Below are positions 29,664 through 42,650 of a stretch of 64,000 nucleotides of DNA, piece after piece. A program made the translations under genes and the position numbers. The stretch is taken from the NCBI RefSeq assembly GCF_009914755.1, contig NC_060926.1; one strand, written 5' to 3'. This DNA comes from the human T2T-CHM13v2.0 reference genome, Homo sapiens. How positions within the stretch are numbered: position 1 is the stretch's first letter; each line of letters opens with the position of its first letter. The notes under the pieces are model-generated. The model was not told where the DNA came from. It searched no databases and saw only the letters and a program-made list of their open reading frames with translations.

Positions 29664-30297
29664 TGTCACCAAACTGAGGGTCAGGCTGCTATTTCTCATG
29701 GCCCTACAATGAGATGCAAATGAACTGGGGAGGAAGAGAATTTGTATTTCTGCAACCGGTTACAGGGAGAAGGCCTGGAAATTATCACCAGACCAAGTCA
29801 AAATTACAAAGTTTTCCAGAGCTTATATACCTTCTAAGCTATATGTCTATGTGTAAGTGTGCATTTATCTAAATACAATAGTGACTATCTTCTTTTAATC
29901 TATAACTAAGGTCTGAGTCCGGGAGACCTTCCTCTGGAGCCTCAGTAAATTTACTTAATCTAAATGGGTCCAGGTGCTGGAGTAATTACATTTATCTTGT
30001 CTCCTGCTAAATCATGGAGATTTGGACCCTTTAGATCCTCAATAAACTTGTTTGTGGAGACCTGGGGAGTTTCCTCAGACCCAAAGAAAACATGTTTAAT
30101 CCTAAATGGGTCCTGTTAAGAATTCCTTCATTAATTTGTCATGCTTTAAGGCCCAGGAAAGGCCTAGGCAAAACACTTGATGGGCTTCTGTTACATGCCA
30201 GCCTTTGTATAAGGGCACTGGCTTTTAATATTTAACTTAACCATTCGGTGAGTACTGAAACAGCTGTTATGGAGGCCTGTGTTAGTGGCCTGCTACA
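29664..30297 (-). mobile_element. ERV1 solo LTR of ~635 bp (PABL-like, tentative)
   Basis: TG...CA termini; minus strand begins tgtagcaggcc..ctaacacaggcctccataacagctgtttcagtact; no clear TSD. Confidence 0.65.
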
Positions 30298-31176
30298 GTT
30301 TGAGTAGATCCATGATAGTCTCCATGGCATAAATTCTAGAAAATTACCTAAAAATGTATTGTTATTAAGAAGAGCATAGTATATTCTTCTGTTTGTGGAT
30401 GTAAAATGGTTATTAACAGGCCTGCAATACATTATCTCTTTATCAGGGGTTTGGAGGAATGCCCCAAACGATATAAAAGGAAGTTGGCTTGCTCACAGCT
30501 TACTTTAAAATATTTAATAGTATATATTTTAAAATATATAATAGCATATATTTTAATATAGCCTATTATTTTTAATAGCATATATTCTGGATGACAAGAG
30601 TTTTTAATCTGTGGAATAATTTTAGCAAGATACACCTGGACTACTTGGGACTACCTACAGGAATAAAACCAGTAGTCTATGATATATGAACATACTTCTC
30701 AAAAAACATTGGGTTTGTAACAATCTGAATATGAAGTTGAGACGTTTTGTGACAAACATCTGTTTCTATTTGCTTAAACAATGTAGCTACATATAGGACT
30801 TAGATACCTCAAATGTTAAACTGCCTTACCTGATGCCACAAGAAAAGATGTGGAGAGCTGCATTAGCATTATCAGATCTCACTCATTAATTTATTTGTGC
30901 CTTAGTATTACCTGTATCCTTAAAATTATCAGTAAATTACGTGGAAAATCACTGATTTTTGTGAACATGATTTTATAACCCAATTATTTGTGATATCGCT
31001 GGTTTTCTAAAAAGAATGCATTGACCATAAGCCTATAGGAACTTTTTGTAATAAGCAGTCAAGTAATCATTTGGTGAACTTACATTATGAACCTGAAATT
31101 AGCTGAATCCCACAAGCCTTGAGTGATCATGTTCTTTAGAGTAGGTATTGCATTACGTATTATGAAGGATATAGTG

Positions 31177-31220
<44 letters not shown>

Positions 31221-31232
31221 GATAGATAGATA
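31177..31232. repeat. (AGAT)11 GAT (AGAT)2 tetranucleotide STR
   Basis: Counted directly. Confidence 0.97.
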
Positions 31233-32650
31233 ATCTGCTTTCCAGATGCAACCCAAGGAAAGATGGTCTGTAATGGCAATCCAAAATCATGGCAAAAATG
31301 TATTCCACAATGCAGATACTTCTACAAATAAAGATACAACTAGAAAAGTCTTATGGCAGAATTATGGCATAAGTTGGGCATTTGTGAATAATATTAAGCT
31401 CAACAGTTAAAGATGCAGGGTAGGAGTATCCTAGCTAATATGAATGGCTGAGGTGATGTGCATTATATAGCACTCTAATCAGGACAGTTCAAATAATCTT
31501 TTAACTCTATCAAAATTTGCTTATATATGTGATAATTTTTTGAAACTTTTACATCTAAAATCTTATAATATAAATTGTATGATTATTACATATATTTGTG
31601 TTGCCTCCAGAAACATATCAAAGATGACATGGCATAAATTATTGACATAAAGTAACTCCTACCTAATAGTTAAATTAGTCAAATTTTTCATTCAGTTAAA
31701 TTCATTACTGGATTACCAATGAAACCCTTCAGGATACTTTTAGCATGTGACATCAAATACAGATATTGTAATATCAGAGAAACAATCCAATGTGTAACTC
31801 TGTTATAAATTAAAATACTTAAAGTAATGAAAACCTAATTCAAAATAGATAAATAAATATTTATTGGTACACATATTTGAATGATCCAGAAAGAAGTATA
31901 CATTTTGGCTTGGTTTGATTATTTCATCTACATCATCAAGATTTCACTGTCCTTTGATTTATCTGCTCCTCCTTCTACAACATAAGGTTTATGATGAGAC
32001 AGTCTTCCCTCAAGATACTAAAAAATCTGCATGAGCATGAAGCCATATCTTTCAAAAGGATGCAGAAATTGGTTTTGGATATTTAGATAACAAGTTATTT
32101 TCCTAGGACATTATTTGCCTGAATAATTAATAGATCACTACATTGGTTTAGACCTACATGAACTCAACAAATCCATGTGCTATGTTTGAAACCATTAAGG
32201 TAAACTTATCTGTAGATAGCGGCAAAATTAATATATTTCTACTCCTTTTTCCCCCCATCACAATCTTACAACTGCGGGACTGATATATATCAGGGAAAAG
32301 ATGGACAAAATGTAGACATTTGGTATGTAAGTAGATATTCTTTCGTAAGAGAAATATCCCTCTTTACCATGGAAACAAAATAGAAAGTGGCAAGGATAGA
32401 AAATGGCACAGATAGGACTTTTAAAATATGGAGAGTGTAAGAAATTGGGGGATCATTTTTAACAAGATTTTATTGTTTGAGAATGTAGAAACAGCAATTT
32501 ATTGGAAATGGACAAGGTGGCAGAAGCTGAGGCAGATCTTTTAGAACATGAGATGGAAGTAACAGACTGCAGAATAGACAGTCCAAGACATGAGCAGCGT
32601 ATACATGTCATATAAATCCTGAGCTGTACAGCTTATTAAAAAGAAAATTT

Positions 32651-35600
32651 GGGGGGAAGTGGACAAGATGGCTGACTAAAAGCAGCTAGTGTTTGTGGCT
32701 CTCACAGAGAGGAATATAAGGGGTGAGTAAATATAGCACCTTCAACTGAAATATCCAGGTCCTTGTATTTGGACTAATCAAGAAAACAAATTGATCCATG
32801 GAGAACTGAGAAAAGCAAGGCAGGACAATGACCCACCTGGGAGCAACACAGAGCCAAGGGAAACTCCCTCACCCAAGAAGGCAGAATGTGCAACCCTGAG
32901 AATGCACACTTCTCCCACGGATTTTTGCAACCCTGGGAATGCACACTTCTCCCATGGATCTTTGCAACCCTCGGGTCAGGAGATCCGCTCATGAACCCTC
33001 TTCACCAGAGCCTTCATTCTGCTACACACTGCTCTATGGAATCTCAGCAAGTAGCTGCTCAGGCACATGTGGAGACCTGAGATCCTTAGAGACTTACACT
33101 TTCTGGGCTTCCTGGCAAAAGTAGCCATAACTCCAGCAAAACAGGAGGTTAGACCCCATTACATACTCTTAGGAGAGAGGCTGAGTCCAGGGGACCAAGC
33201 AATGATGAACTTTGGGCCCCATTTCCATGGCATCTCACAGGATAAGACCCACTGGCTTGAAATTCAGGCCAGCCATTGGCAGCAGCATTGCACTTCCCTG
33301 AAATGGAGTTCCCAGAGGAAGGGGTAGGCCACCACCTTTGCTACTTGGATGACTTAGCCATTCTGACCTTGGGGCTTTGGACAATCCAAGCTGATCAAGA
33401 ATAGATAGAATTCCCCAGCATAGCACAGCTGCCCTACAAAACACTGCTTTGTTAAGCTGCTTAACTTGCCCTGCTAGCACATAGGAGTACAATACGACCC
33501 TCCACCCGCACTGACTACCATTGCAAGCAGTGCCTTGGGAAGCACAGAGCCAGAAAGCCCCAGTCCTGGCAGTGCCCTACTTTTGTGATATGCTGTACTG
33601 AGAACAGGAGATCCTCCCACACACTCACTCCAGCTTGCCAAGCAGAGAAAGCACACACACCTGTGCTGGCAAGCACCCCGCCCACAGCCAACACCACCCC
33701 CAGTGCAATGGTGGCTCACATAGTATCCAGCAGGGGCTCCCAACTCCCTAGCTGCCTTGCCTCCACCAATGTGGTGAATGCCCTCAAGGAGGCAGGCATC
33801 CCTGCATCCGCTAATGCTCTTCTGCAGCAGCCACACTTCAGTACCCCCAGCACAGTGAACTCCAAACTTCAAGGAGCCAGAGAACAAAGTTGAGGCCCAA
33901 TACAAGTCCCCCAGAGTTAGAGCATGCAGTCCAAAAGTTGGGAGCTGAGTGTTGGCCCCCTAAATCTTCCTGAAAGGAAGCCAGATGGCTGAATCCACCT
34001 TATACCACAATTAAACCCTCAAGGTCATCAAATAGGATAAAAGAAAAAAAACTCTCTCCAAAGTTCAGCAACCTCAAAGATTGAAGGTAGACAAGCCCAC
34101 AAAGATAAGAAAGAACCAGTGAAGAACCCTGAAAACTCAAAAAGCCAGAGCATCTTTTTCCATCCAAATTACCACATTGCCTTTCTAGCAAGGGTTTGGA
34201 ATTGAGCTGAAGCTGAGATGGCTGAAATAACAAGTAGAATTTAGATTATGGATAAGAACAAAGTTCCTTGAGCTATAAGAGTACGTTGTAACCCAATGCA
34301 AGAAAGCCAAAAATCATAATACAACAATGCAGGAGCTGTCAGACAAAATATGCAGTAGAGAGAAGAATATAACTAGTGTGACACAGCTGAAAAATACACT
34401 ACAAGAATATCACAGTGCAATCACAATTATTAATAGCAGAATAATCCAAGCAGAGAAAAAAATTTCAGAGCTTGAAGACTGCCTTTCTGAGATAAGAAAG
34501 GCAGATAATAATAGAGAAAAAAGAATGAAAAGGAATGAAGAAAACCTCTGAGAAATATGGGATTATGGAAAGAGACCCAATCTATGACTGACTGGTGTAC
34601 CTGAAGGAGATGGGGAGAATGGAATCAACTTGGGGAACATATTTCAGGATATCATCTATGAAAACTTCCCCAACTTCGCTAGAGAGGCCAACATTCAAAT
34701 TCAAGAAATGTAGAGAACCTCCGTAAGATACTCCACAAGAAGAACATCCCAAGACACATAATCATCAGATTCTCTGAGGTCAAAATGAAAGAAAAAATGT
34801 TAAAGGCAGCTAGAGAGAAAGGCCAGTAACCTACAAAGAGAAGCCCATTAGACTAACAGCCTACCTCTCAGAAAAAGCCCTATAATCCAGAAGAGATTGG
34901 GGGCTAATATTCAACATTCTTAAAAAAAAATATTTCATCCCAGAATTTCATACCTGACCAAACTAAGGTTTATAAGCAAAGGAGAAGTAAGACATTTTTC
35001 AGATAAACAAATGCTGAGGGAATTTGTTACCACCAAACCTGCTTTACAAGTGCTCCTGAAGGAAGCACTAAATATGGAAAAGAAAGACCACTACTAACCA
35101 CTACCAAAATACACTAAAGCATAAAGACCAGTGATGTTGTGAGGCAACCACATAAAAAGTCTGCAAAATAACCAGCTAACAGCATAATGACAGGATCAGA
35201 CCACACTTACAAATACTAACCTTAAAGGAAAATCGCCTACATTTTCCCAATTAAAAGACACAGAGTAGCAAGGTGGATAAAAAACCAAGACCCATTGATA
35301 TGCTGTCTTCAAGAGACCCATCTCACATGCAATGACACACATAGGCTCAAAATAAATGGGTGGAGAAAAATCTACCAAGCAAATAAAAAGCAGAAAAAAG
35401 CAGGGTTTGCAATACTAGTTTCTGACAAAACAGACTTTAAAACCACAAAGATCAAAGGAGATAAAGAAGTGCAATGCATAAAGGTAAAGAGTTCAATTCA
35501 CCAAGATCTAACTGTCTGAAACATATATGCACCCAACACAGGAAGCACCTAGATTAATAAAGCAAGTGCTTAGAGACCTTCAAAGAGACTCCCACACAAT

Positions 35601-38600
35601 AATAGTGGGAGACTATAACACTCCACTGACAATATTAGACAGATAATCAAGACAGAAAATTAACAAAGACGATAATAGTGGTAGATTTAACACCCCACTG
35701 AAAATATTAGACATATCATCAAGATTGAAAATTATCAAAGATATATAGGACCTGAACTCAGCACTGCATCAAATGGACCTTATAGATATCTACAGAACTC
35801 TCCACCCAAAGCAACAGAAAATACATTCTTCTCATCACCACAGGGCACCTACTCTGAAATTAATACCATAATCAGAAGTAAAACACGCCTCAGCAAATGC
35901 AAAAGAACTGAAATCATAACAAACAGTCTCTTGGATCATAGTACAATCAAATTAGAAATCAAGACTAAGAAATTCATTCAAAACCATACAAGTATGTTGA
36001 AATTGAATAACTTTTTTCTGAATATCTATTGAGTAAATAATGAAATTAAGGCAGAAATCAAAAAGTTCTTTGAAAATAATGAGAACAAAAATATAACATA
36101 CCAGAATCTCTGAGATGCAGCTAAAGCAGTGTTTGTTGTTGTTGTTGTTTTTCTTATACTGTAAGTTTTAGGGTACATGTGCACAATGTGCAGGTTTGTT
36201 ACATATGTATACACAGGCCATGTATGTAAAGCAGTGTTAAGAAGGAAATTTAAAGCACTAAATGCCCACATCAGAAAACTAGAAAGATCACAAGTAAACA
36301 ACCCAACATCACAACTGAAAAAACTAGAGAGCCAAAAGCAAACAAATTCCAATGCTAGCAGAATACAAGAAATATCCAAAATCAGAGCTGAACAGAAGGG
36401 GACAGAAACACGAAAAACCATCCCCAGGTCAACAAATCCAGAAGCTGATTTTCCAAAAAATAATAATAATAATAATGAAATAGATAGACTGCTACTAGAC
36501 TAATAAGGATGAAAGGAGAGAAGAAATTAACACAATCAGAAAGGACAAGTGAGATGTTACCACTGACTCCACAGAAATACAAACAACCTTCAGAGAATAT
36601 TATGAACACCTCTATGCACAAGAACTAGAAAACCTAGAATAAATAGGTAAATTCCTGGACACATACACCCTCCCAAACCTGAAACAGAATAAAATTGAAT
36701 CCCTGAACTGACCAGTAATGAGCTCTGAAATTGAGGCAGTAACGAATAGCCTACAAAACACAAAAAGCCCAAGACCAGATGGATTCACAGCTAAATTCTA
36801 CCGGATGTACAAAGAAGACCTTGTACCATTCCTAATGTAACTATTTCAAACCTTGAGGAGGATGGACTCCTCCCTAACTCATTCATGAGGCCAGCATCAT
36901 CCTGACACCAAAACCCTGGCAAAGATTCAACGAAAAAAAGAACACTTTAGGCCAATATCTTGATGAACATTGATTAAAAAAAAATCCTCAGCAGAATATT
37001 GGCCCACTGAATAGAGCAGAACACCAAAAAGCTTATCCGCCACAATCAAGTAGGCTTTAACCCTGGAATGCAAGTTTACTTCAACATACACAAATCAATA
37101 AATGTGATTAATCACATAAATAGCACTAGGAACAAAATCCACATGATTATCTCAATGGATGAAATAAAGGGTTTCAATAGAATTCATCATATGTTCATGC
37201 TAAAACCTCTCAATAAACTAGATGTTGAAAGCATGCACTTCAAAATAAGAGCCATCCATGCAAACCCACAGCCAGCATCATACTGAATGGGCAAAAGCTG
37301 GAAGCATTCCCTTTGAAAACTGGCACAAGACAAGGATGCCATGTCTCACTCTCCTATTTAATGCAATATTGTAAGGATTGGAATAGAGAGCCCAGAAATA
37401 AGGCCACACACCTACAACTATCTGGTCCTTGACAAAGCTGACAAAAATAAGCAATGGGGAAAGGATTGCCTATTCAATAAATGGTGCTGGGAGAACTGGC
37501 TAGCCATATGCAGAAAATTAAACCTGGACCCATTCCTTACACCATATATGAAAATTAACTCAAGATAGATTAAAGACATAAATGTAAAACCCCAACATAT
37601 AAAAACTCTGGAAGACAACCTAGGCAATACCATTCAGGACACAGGCACAGACTAAGATTTCATGATGAAGAAAGCAAAAAGCCATTGCAACAAAAAACAA
37701 AAGTTGACAAATGTGATCTAATTTAAACTAAAGAGCTTCTACTCAGCAAAATAAACTATCAACAGTGTAAACAACTTATAGAATGGGAGAAAATTTTTGC
37801 AAATTAGGCATCTGACAAAGGTATAATATCCAGCATCTAAAAGGAACTTAAACAAATTTATAAGAAAAAAACAAACAACACCATAAAAAAAGTGGGCAAA
37901 GGACTTGATCAGATACTTCTCAAAAGAAGACATTTATGCAGCCGAGAAACATGAAAAAACGCTCAACATCACTGATCATTAGAGAAATGCAAATCAAAAC
38001 CACATTGAAATACCATCTCACACTGGTCAGAAGGGCTATTATTAAAAAGTCAAAAAACAAATAACAGAGGCTGGCAATGTAGAGAAAAAGGAACACTTTT
38101 ACACTGTTTGTGGGAGTGTACATTAGTTTAACCATTGTGGTGATTTCTCAAAGACCTAATACCATTGGATCCAGCGATCCCATTACTGGATATATACCCA
38201 AATGGATATAAATTACTGTACTATAAAGACACATGCATGTGTATGTTCATTGCAGCACTATTCACAATAGCAAAGACACAGAATCAACCCAAATGCCCAC
38301 CAATGATAGACTGGATATAGATAATGTCATACGTATACACCATGGAATACTCGGCAGTCATAAAAAGGAAAGAGATCATGTCCTTTGCAGGGACATGGAT
38401 GGAGATGGAGGCCAATATTCTTAACAAACTAATGCAGAAACAGAAAACCAAATACCATATGTTCTCACTTATAAGTTGGAGCTAAATAATGAGGTCACAT
38501 GGACACATGGGGTGAACGATACTCCTTGGGGCTTATCGGAGGGTGGAGGGTGGGAGGAGGGAGAAGATCAGCAAAAAGGATTAATGGGTACTAGGCTTAA

Positions 38601-38710
38601 TAACTGGATGATAAAATAATTGGTACAACAAACCCCCATGACACAAGCTTACCTATGAAACAAACCTGCACATGTACCCCTGAAATTAAAAGTTAAGAAA
38701 ATAAAAATTT
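32651..38710 (+). mobile_element. Near-full-length decayed LINE-1 (L1PA13-16/L1PREC2-type) with an internal ORF2 deletion
   Basis: 5' ggacaagatggctgact..aagcagctag; ORF1 (ISELED, MKRNEENL); ORF2 (ICCLQETHL, FKALNAHIRKLERSQ); 3' UTR gggtactaggcttaata...aacctgcacatgtacccctgaa. Confidence 0.92.
36134..36226 (-). mobile_element. 93-bp, extremely 5'-truncated young L1PA (about L1PA3-5) 3' end nested in the older L1
   Basis: ttttagggtacatgtgcacaatgtgcaggtttgttacatatgtatac; (TTG)n tail; perfect 12-bp TSD taaagcagtgtt (36122-36133, 36227-36238). Confidence 0.93.
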
Positions 38711-38859
38711 AGATTAAAAAATTACAATTTGAAGAACAAGGCCACAATCAATGTTCATTCAACCAGACTACACACCTGGCACTGCACTAATCTGTGATTT
38801 CAAAATTAATTTACGAATTTGACAAATGTTCAAAAATATAAGAACTACCTCTTTGGGGG

Positions 38860-39036
38860 CCTTACTGTGTGCTAAACTTTCTAAACATGTTATATTCATT
38901 ATTTTCATTCCTCTGGTGTAGGTATGACTACTTCCTCAAAGGCATACAAAAGTAATAATTTGCTCAAAATTATTCCATGGCAAAAAGATTAAAAACCAAG
39001 AATTCTAACTCTAGAGTTGATGCTTTTATCCACTAT
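38860..39036 (-). mobile_element. MIR fragment
   Basis: ttactgtgtgcta...taatttgctcaa...aaaaccaag..ttctaactctagag...ttttatccacta. Confidence 0.55.
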
Positions 39037-39146
39037 CTTTTAACTATCTCTCAAATAAAGGTTTTAGGGAATTAAACAATTTGTTGATCTGGGAAGAATT
39101 GCTGGACATTTAAAAATAATGTCAGATGACTGCTCAACATACAGAA

Positions 39147-39179
39147 TGTGTGTGTGTGTGTGTGTGGGTGTGTGTGTGT
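39147..39179. repeat. (TG)n microsatellite with one interruption
   Basis: Directly visible. Confidence 0.95.
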
Positions 39180-39209
39180 TTGATGTTAGCAATCATGCAA
39201 TTGCTACCA

Positions 39210-39786
39210 GGGCTATTTATAATAGCAAAGATATGGAATCAAGCTAAGTGTCCATCCACAGGTGAATGAATCAAGAAAATGGGGGATATATACACAATGA
39301 AATACTGCTCAGCTATAAAAAATCCTGTCTACGTAGATAAACCTGGAGGACATTATGTTAATTGAAATAAGCCTGGCACAGAAATACAAGTACTGTATAT
39401 TCTCCTGCATATATGGAATCTAAACAAATTAATCTCATAGAAGTATTATAAAAGAATGGTTGTTACCAGAGCCTGGGGTTTCTAACAGGTAAGGGATGTT
39501 GTGAAGATGTGGGCAAAAGGATATATAATTATAGTTAAATAAGTTCAAGAGACCTATTGTACAACATGGTGACTATAGTTAATGATGATATATTGTATTC
39601 TTGAAAAATGTTAAGACATCCATCCATTAAGTGGATGTTAAATGTTCTCACAAGAAAAACGATGTCTATGTGGGGTAAAGCATTTGTTAATAAGTTAAAT
39701 TTAAGCATACAAAAATGTATACATGCTTCAAAACGTCATATGCTATATGATACAAACAATTTTATCTGTCAATTTAAAAACAAAAT
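39210..39786 (+). mobile_element. L1MA-type 3' end
   Basis: aatagcaaagatatggaatcaagctaagtgtccatc...aacctggaggacattatgtta...ataagttcaagagacctattgtacaacatggtgactatagttaat...atctgtcaatttaaaaa. Confidence 0.85.
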
Positions 39787-40595
39787 GATTGACAATGAAA
39801 CATTCTATATAGCTGCATGCTTTTATTCAAGTAGTGATCAGATGTTGATTCTCAAATTATTTAGGGTGGATGGCTTCTATGATGAATGATTTGGTGTTTT
39901 GCTGGGTGTATATACCAGAAAATAAAACAAAAGAAATTAATTGGGGAGGGCTAGCAACAGAATTATTGGATTTCTGAGGAGTATTAAACAGAGTACATAG
40001 GAAAGGAAATGCTGGCAGGAGAAATGCAATTGTTTTGAAGAGAATTGTGGGTCCAGAGAATTGTGGGAGCACAAGAGGATAAGGAACTGAGTGAAACATA
40101 AAAGTAAAAGGAAAGGATATTAGAGTTTATGACTTAAAGATAGAGAATTATGCTAAAATTCAGACTGTAACCATGAATATGGAAGTTAGGTTCACTGAAA
40201 TAAAAAAAAAACACAGGACAAGATTGTCAAATCAGTAATCATAGTGTTTTTATTTTAGGTTGTAAAATAATAGAGTTATGTTGAATTTAGTGACAACTTA
40301 AGCAATTTGTTTCACAGATGTAAAAGGCAATGTTTTGAACCTTCTATAAAATAACTTTATCTGATTTTGTAATGTTTACCTGGATGCTCTGTCTAGTGAT
40401 AGTAGTAGCAAACAATTGTTATAAATAATTATAAGAAATAGTTTTTTTAATATAAAATGTTATAGATGTATATCAGATATTTTCTTAATTTTGTTTTGCA
40501 GAAGCCAAATACAGCTATTTTTTTTCCTGCCCCAAAGTGTGATGTTATTGTGGTTCACACAGTGGAGTGTAGCATGGTCGAAAAACCTGATCGAA

Positions 40596-40896
40596 GGCCA
40601 GGCGCAGTGGCTCACACCTGTAATCCTAGCACTGTGGGAGGCCAAGGCAGGTGAACCACCTTAGGTCAGAAGTTCAAGACCAGCATGGCCAACATGATGA
40701 AACCCCATCTCTACTGAAAATACAAAAATTAGCTGGGCGTGGTGGCAGGCACCTGTAATCCTAGCTACTTGGGAGGCCAAGGCAGGAGAATCTCTTGAAC
40801 CTGAGAGGCAGAGGTTGCAGTAAGCCAAGACTGCGCCACTGCACTACAGCCTGGGCAACAAGAATGAAATTCCATCTCAAAAACAAACAAACAACA
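40596..40896 (+). mobile_element. Full-length AluSq-like element
   Basis: Dimeric Alu; ggcaacaagaatgaaa; TSD aaaaacctgatc(g/t)aa at 40581-40595 / 40897-40911. Confidence 0.94.
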
Positions 40897-41859
40897 AAAA
40901 ACCTGATCTAAAATTATCATTATATTTTTGACCTTAATCTCTTTCAATCTCAGTTTCCTTGTTATGTGAAGATGGAAGACACTATTGATTGCCTATTCAG
41001 TAGCAAACCTCGCCCTTTATACTTCTAGCTAGGAGAGTCATTTTCCTACAATAGAGGTCAAATATATGAAGACTCACTTTGTTCAGCTTCCTCTTATGTA
41101 AAGTTTGGCTATATGAGCAAATCATGACCAGTTACTCTTGAGTGAGCTTTTGCTAGGAGTGGCAATAGGAGTGTGTTTAGATGCTCCTCATGATAAAACA
41201 GACAAATTTTATAAAAAACCACTTTATTTCCTTTATGATTTAGAGGATGCCTTGCGTGGGTTTGATGGGTGTTTCTGCAGCTGTATTATGAACAAAGAGA
41301 GCTGTTATTGATACACTGTAGGTAGAAAGTTGAAAATAACCTAGAACCACCTACCTACAGACATACTGTAAGGGATAAATTGCACATATTATTGATTAAT
41401 CCACTTTTAATGAGATATTTTATTCCTCTCAGCCAAGTGTCCGAACCAAAGAAATAATTTAAATGAAAAAGAAAACATCACCTGCACTGGTAGCACGTAG
41501 TTAATATTGCTTACTTTAAAATATTTTTAACCAATTTGATGTAATGCAAATTTAAGTACAAACTAAAAATGGAGCCTATGTACAATATAACTCATCATTT
41601 TATCATAGTCTACACTTGTATTAGTACTACCTATAATTAAATGGTTAAGTTGGCTTTTAGAACAGTCATAATATAACATTGAATGTTATTAGGCTTGTTT
41701 ACCAGGTTAAGTTAAAAAATGAAGCTCTGTATTAGGGCTAAAAAGGAAGATGAAGTGTATGAGTGGTAATAGTAATACAACTTTAGAAGAGAAGAGCGCA
41801 CTGTCAATCAAACAGTAAGAGTTTGATTAAAAAAAATAAGAATATACCTAAATATCTAT

Positions 41860-41902
41860 GCCCTTTGGCTAAGATCAAGTGTAGTATCTGTTCTTATCAG
41901 TT
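41860..41902 (+). pseudogene. RNU2: Truncated U2 snRNA copy (about U2 nt 12-54)
   Basis: gccctttggctaagatcaagtgtagtatctgttcttatcagtt versus U2 GCCTTTTGGCTAAGATCAAGTGTAGTATCTGTTCTTATCAGTT (1 mismatch); includes branch-pairing GTAGTA. Confidence 0.92.
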
Positions 41903-42459
41903 AAAAATACTAAAAAAGTATTTTTCTTCATTTTTAAATAAGAACATAACCTTACCTGCCTTCAAAAACGGCTATTTTCATATAATGTTAATTTAAAAAT
42001 AATAAAAGAAAAAGGTATCATGTATCAGGCAAATTGCATTAATTGCATTGATTGCAAATTGTATTAATTGCATTGAAGATTAAATCCTATTCTTTCTTTT
42101 TAACATCTCATCCTACATTTTAAATACAAACTTAAAACGCAATTAGTAGTGACACTTTTTCTCCATAGCTTTGAAGTGGAAAATTAGAAAATGCCTAGAG
42201 GATGTTTGCTACATAACCTTTTTAATGCTCTGGCTTGAACTGTAGACCCTTATGCAAGCAGACTAAATGTACTATTTGGGGTACTCCAGCCTATTTCTAG
42301 GAAGATGATTATCTAATCATTTCAGAGAAAATGTCAGAGCATTTTCCCAGCAGATATCGGTAACAACACAGCACAGCTGCAAATGTAAATTTTTCCAGAC
42401 ATGACTTCAGCCCTGAGAGTCAGCTTTACTTCCTTCCTTAAAAGCTCTTTATAATCAAA

Positions 42460-42650
42460 TAGTAAGTATGCATGTAAAGGTGATATATATGTTAATTAGC
42501 TGGAACAGATTATCACTTCACAATGTAGAGGTATCTTAACAACATTAAGTGGTACACCTTAAATATATACAATGTTTATATTTCAATGATATTTCAATAA
42601 AACTGTCTTTAAAAAGAAAAAAAAATTAGCCATAAGAAAAATAAAAAATA
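42460..42650 (+). mobile_element. L1MB-type 3' terminal fragment
   Basis: ggtgat.tatatgttaattagc...cacttcacaatgta...gtacaccttaaatatatacaat...tcaataaa then A tail. Confidence 0.75.

Noticed and set aside
33474-33905. 143-aa antisense ORF in the L1 5' UTR (ORF0-like?)
   Set aside because: GC-rich UTR gives long chance frames; non-ATG start; no similarity I can recognise.
42029-42076. 25-bp-period duplication gcaaattgcattaattgcattga
   Set aside because: Real, but an ordinary short tandem duplication; likewise the diverged duplication at ~11408-11515.
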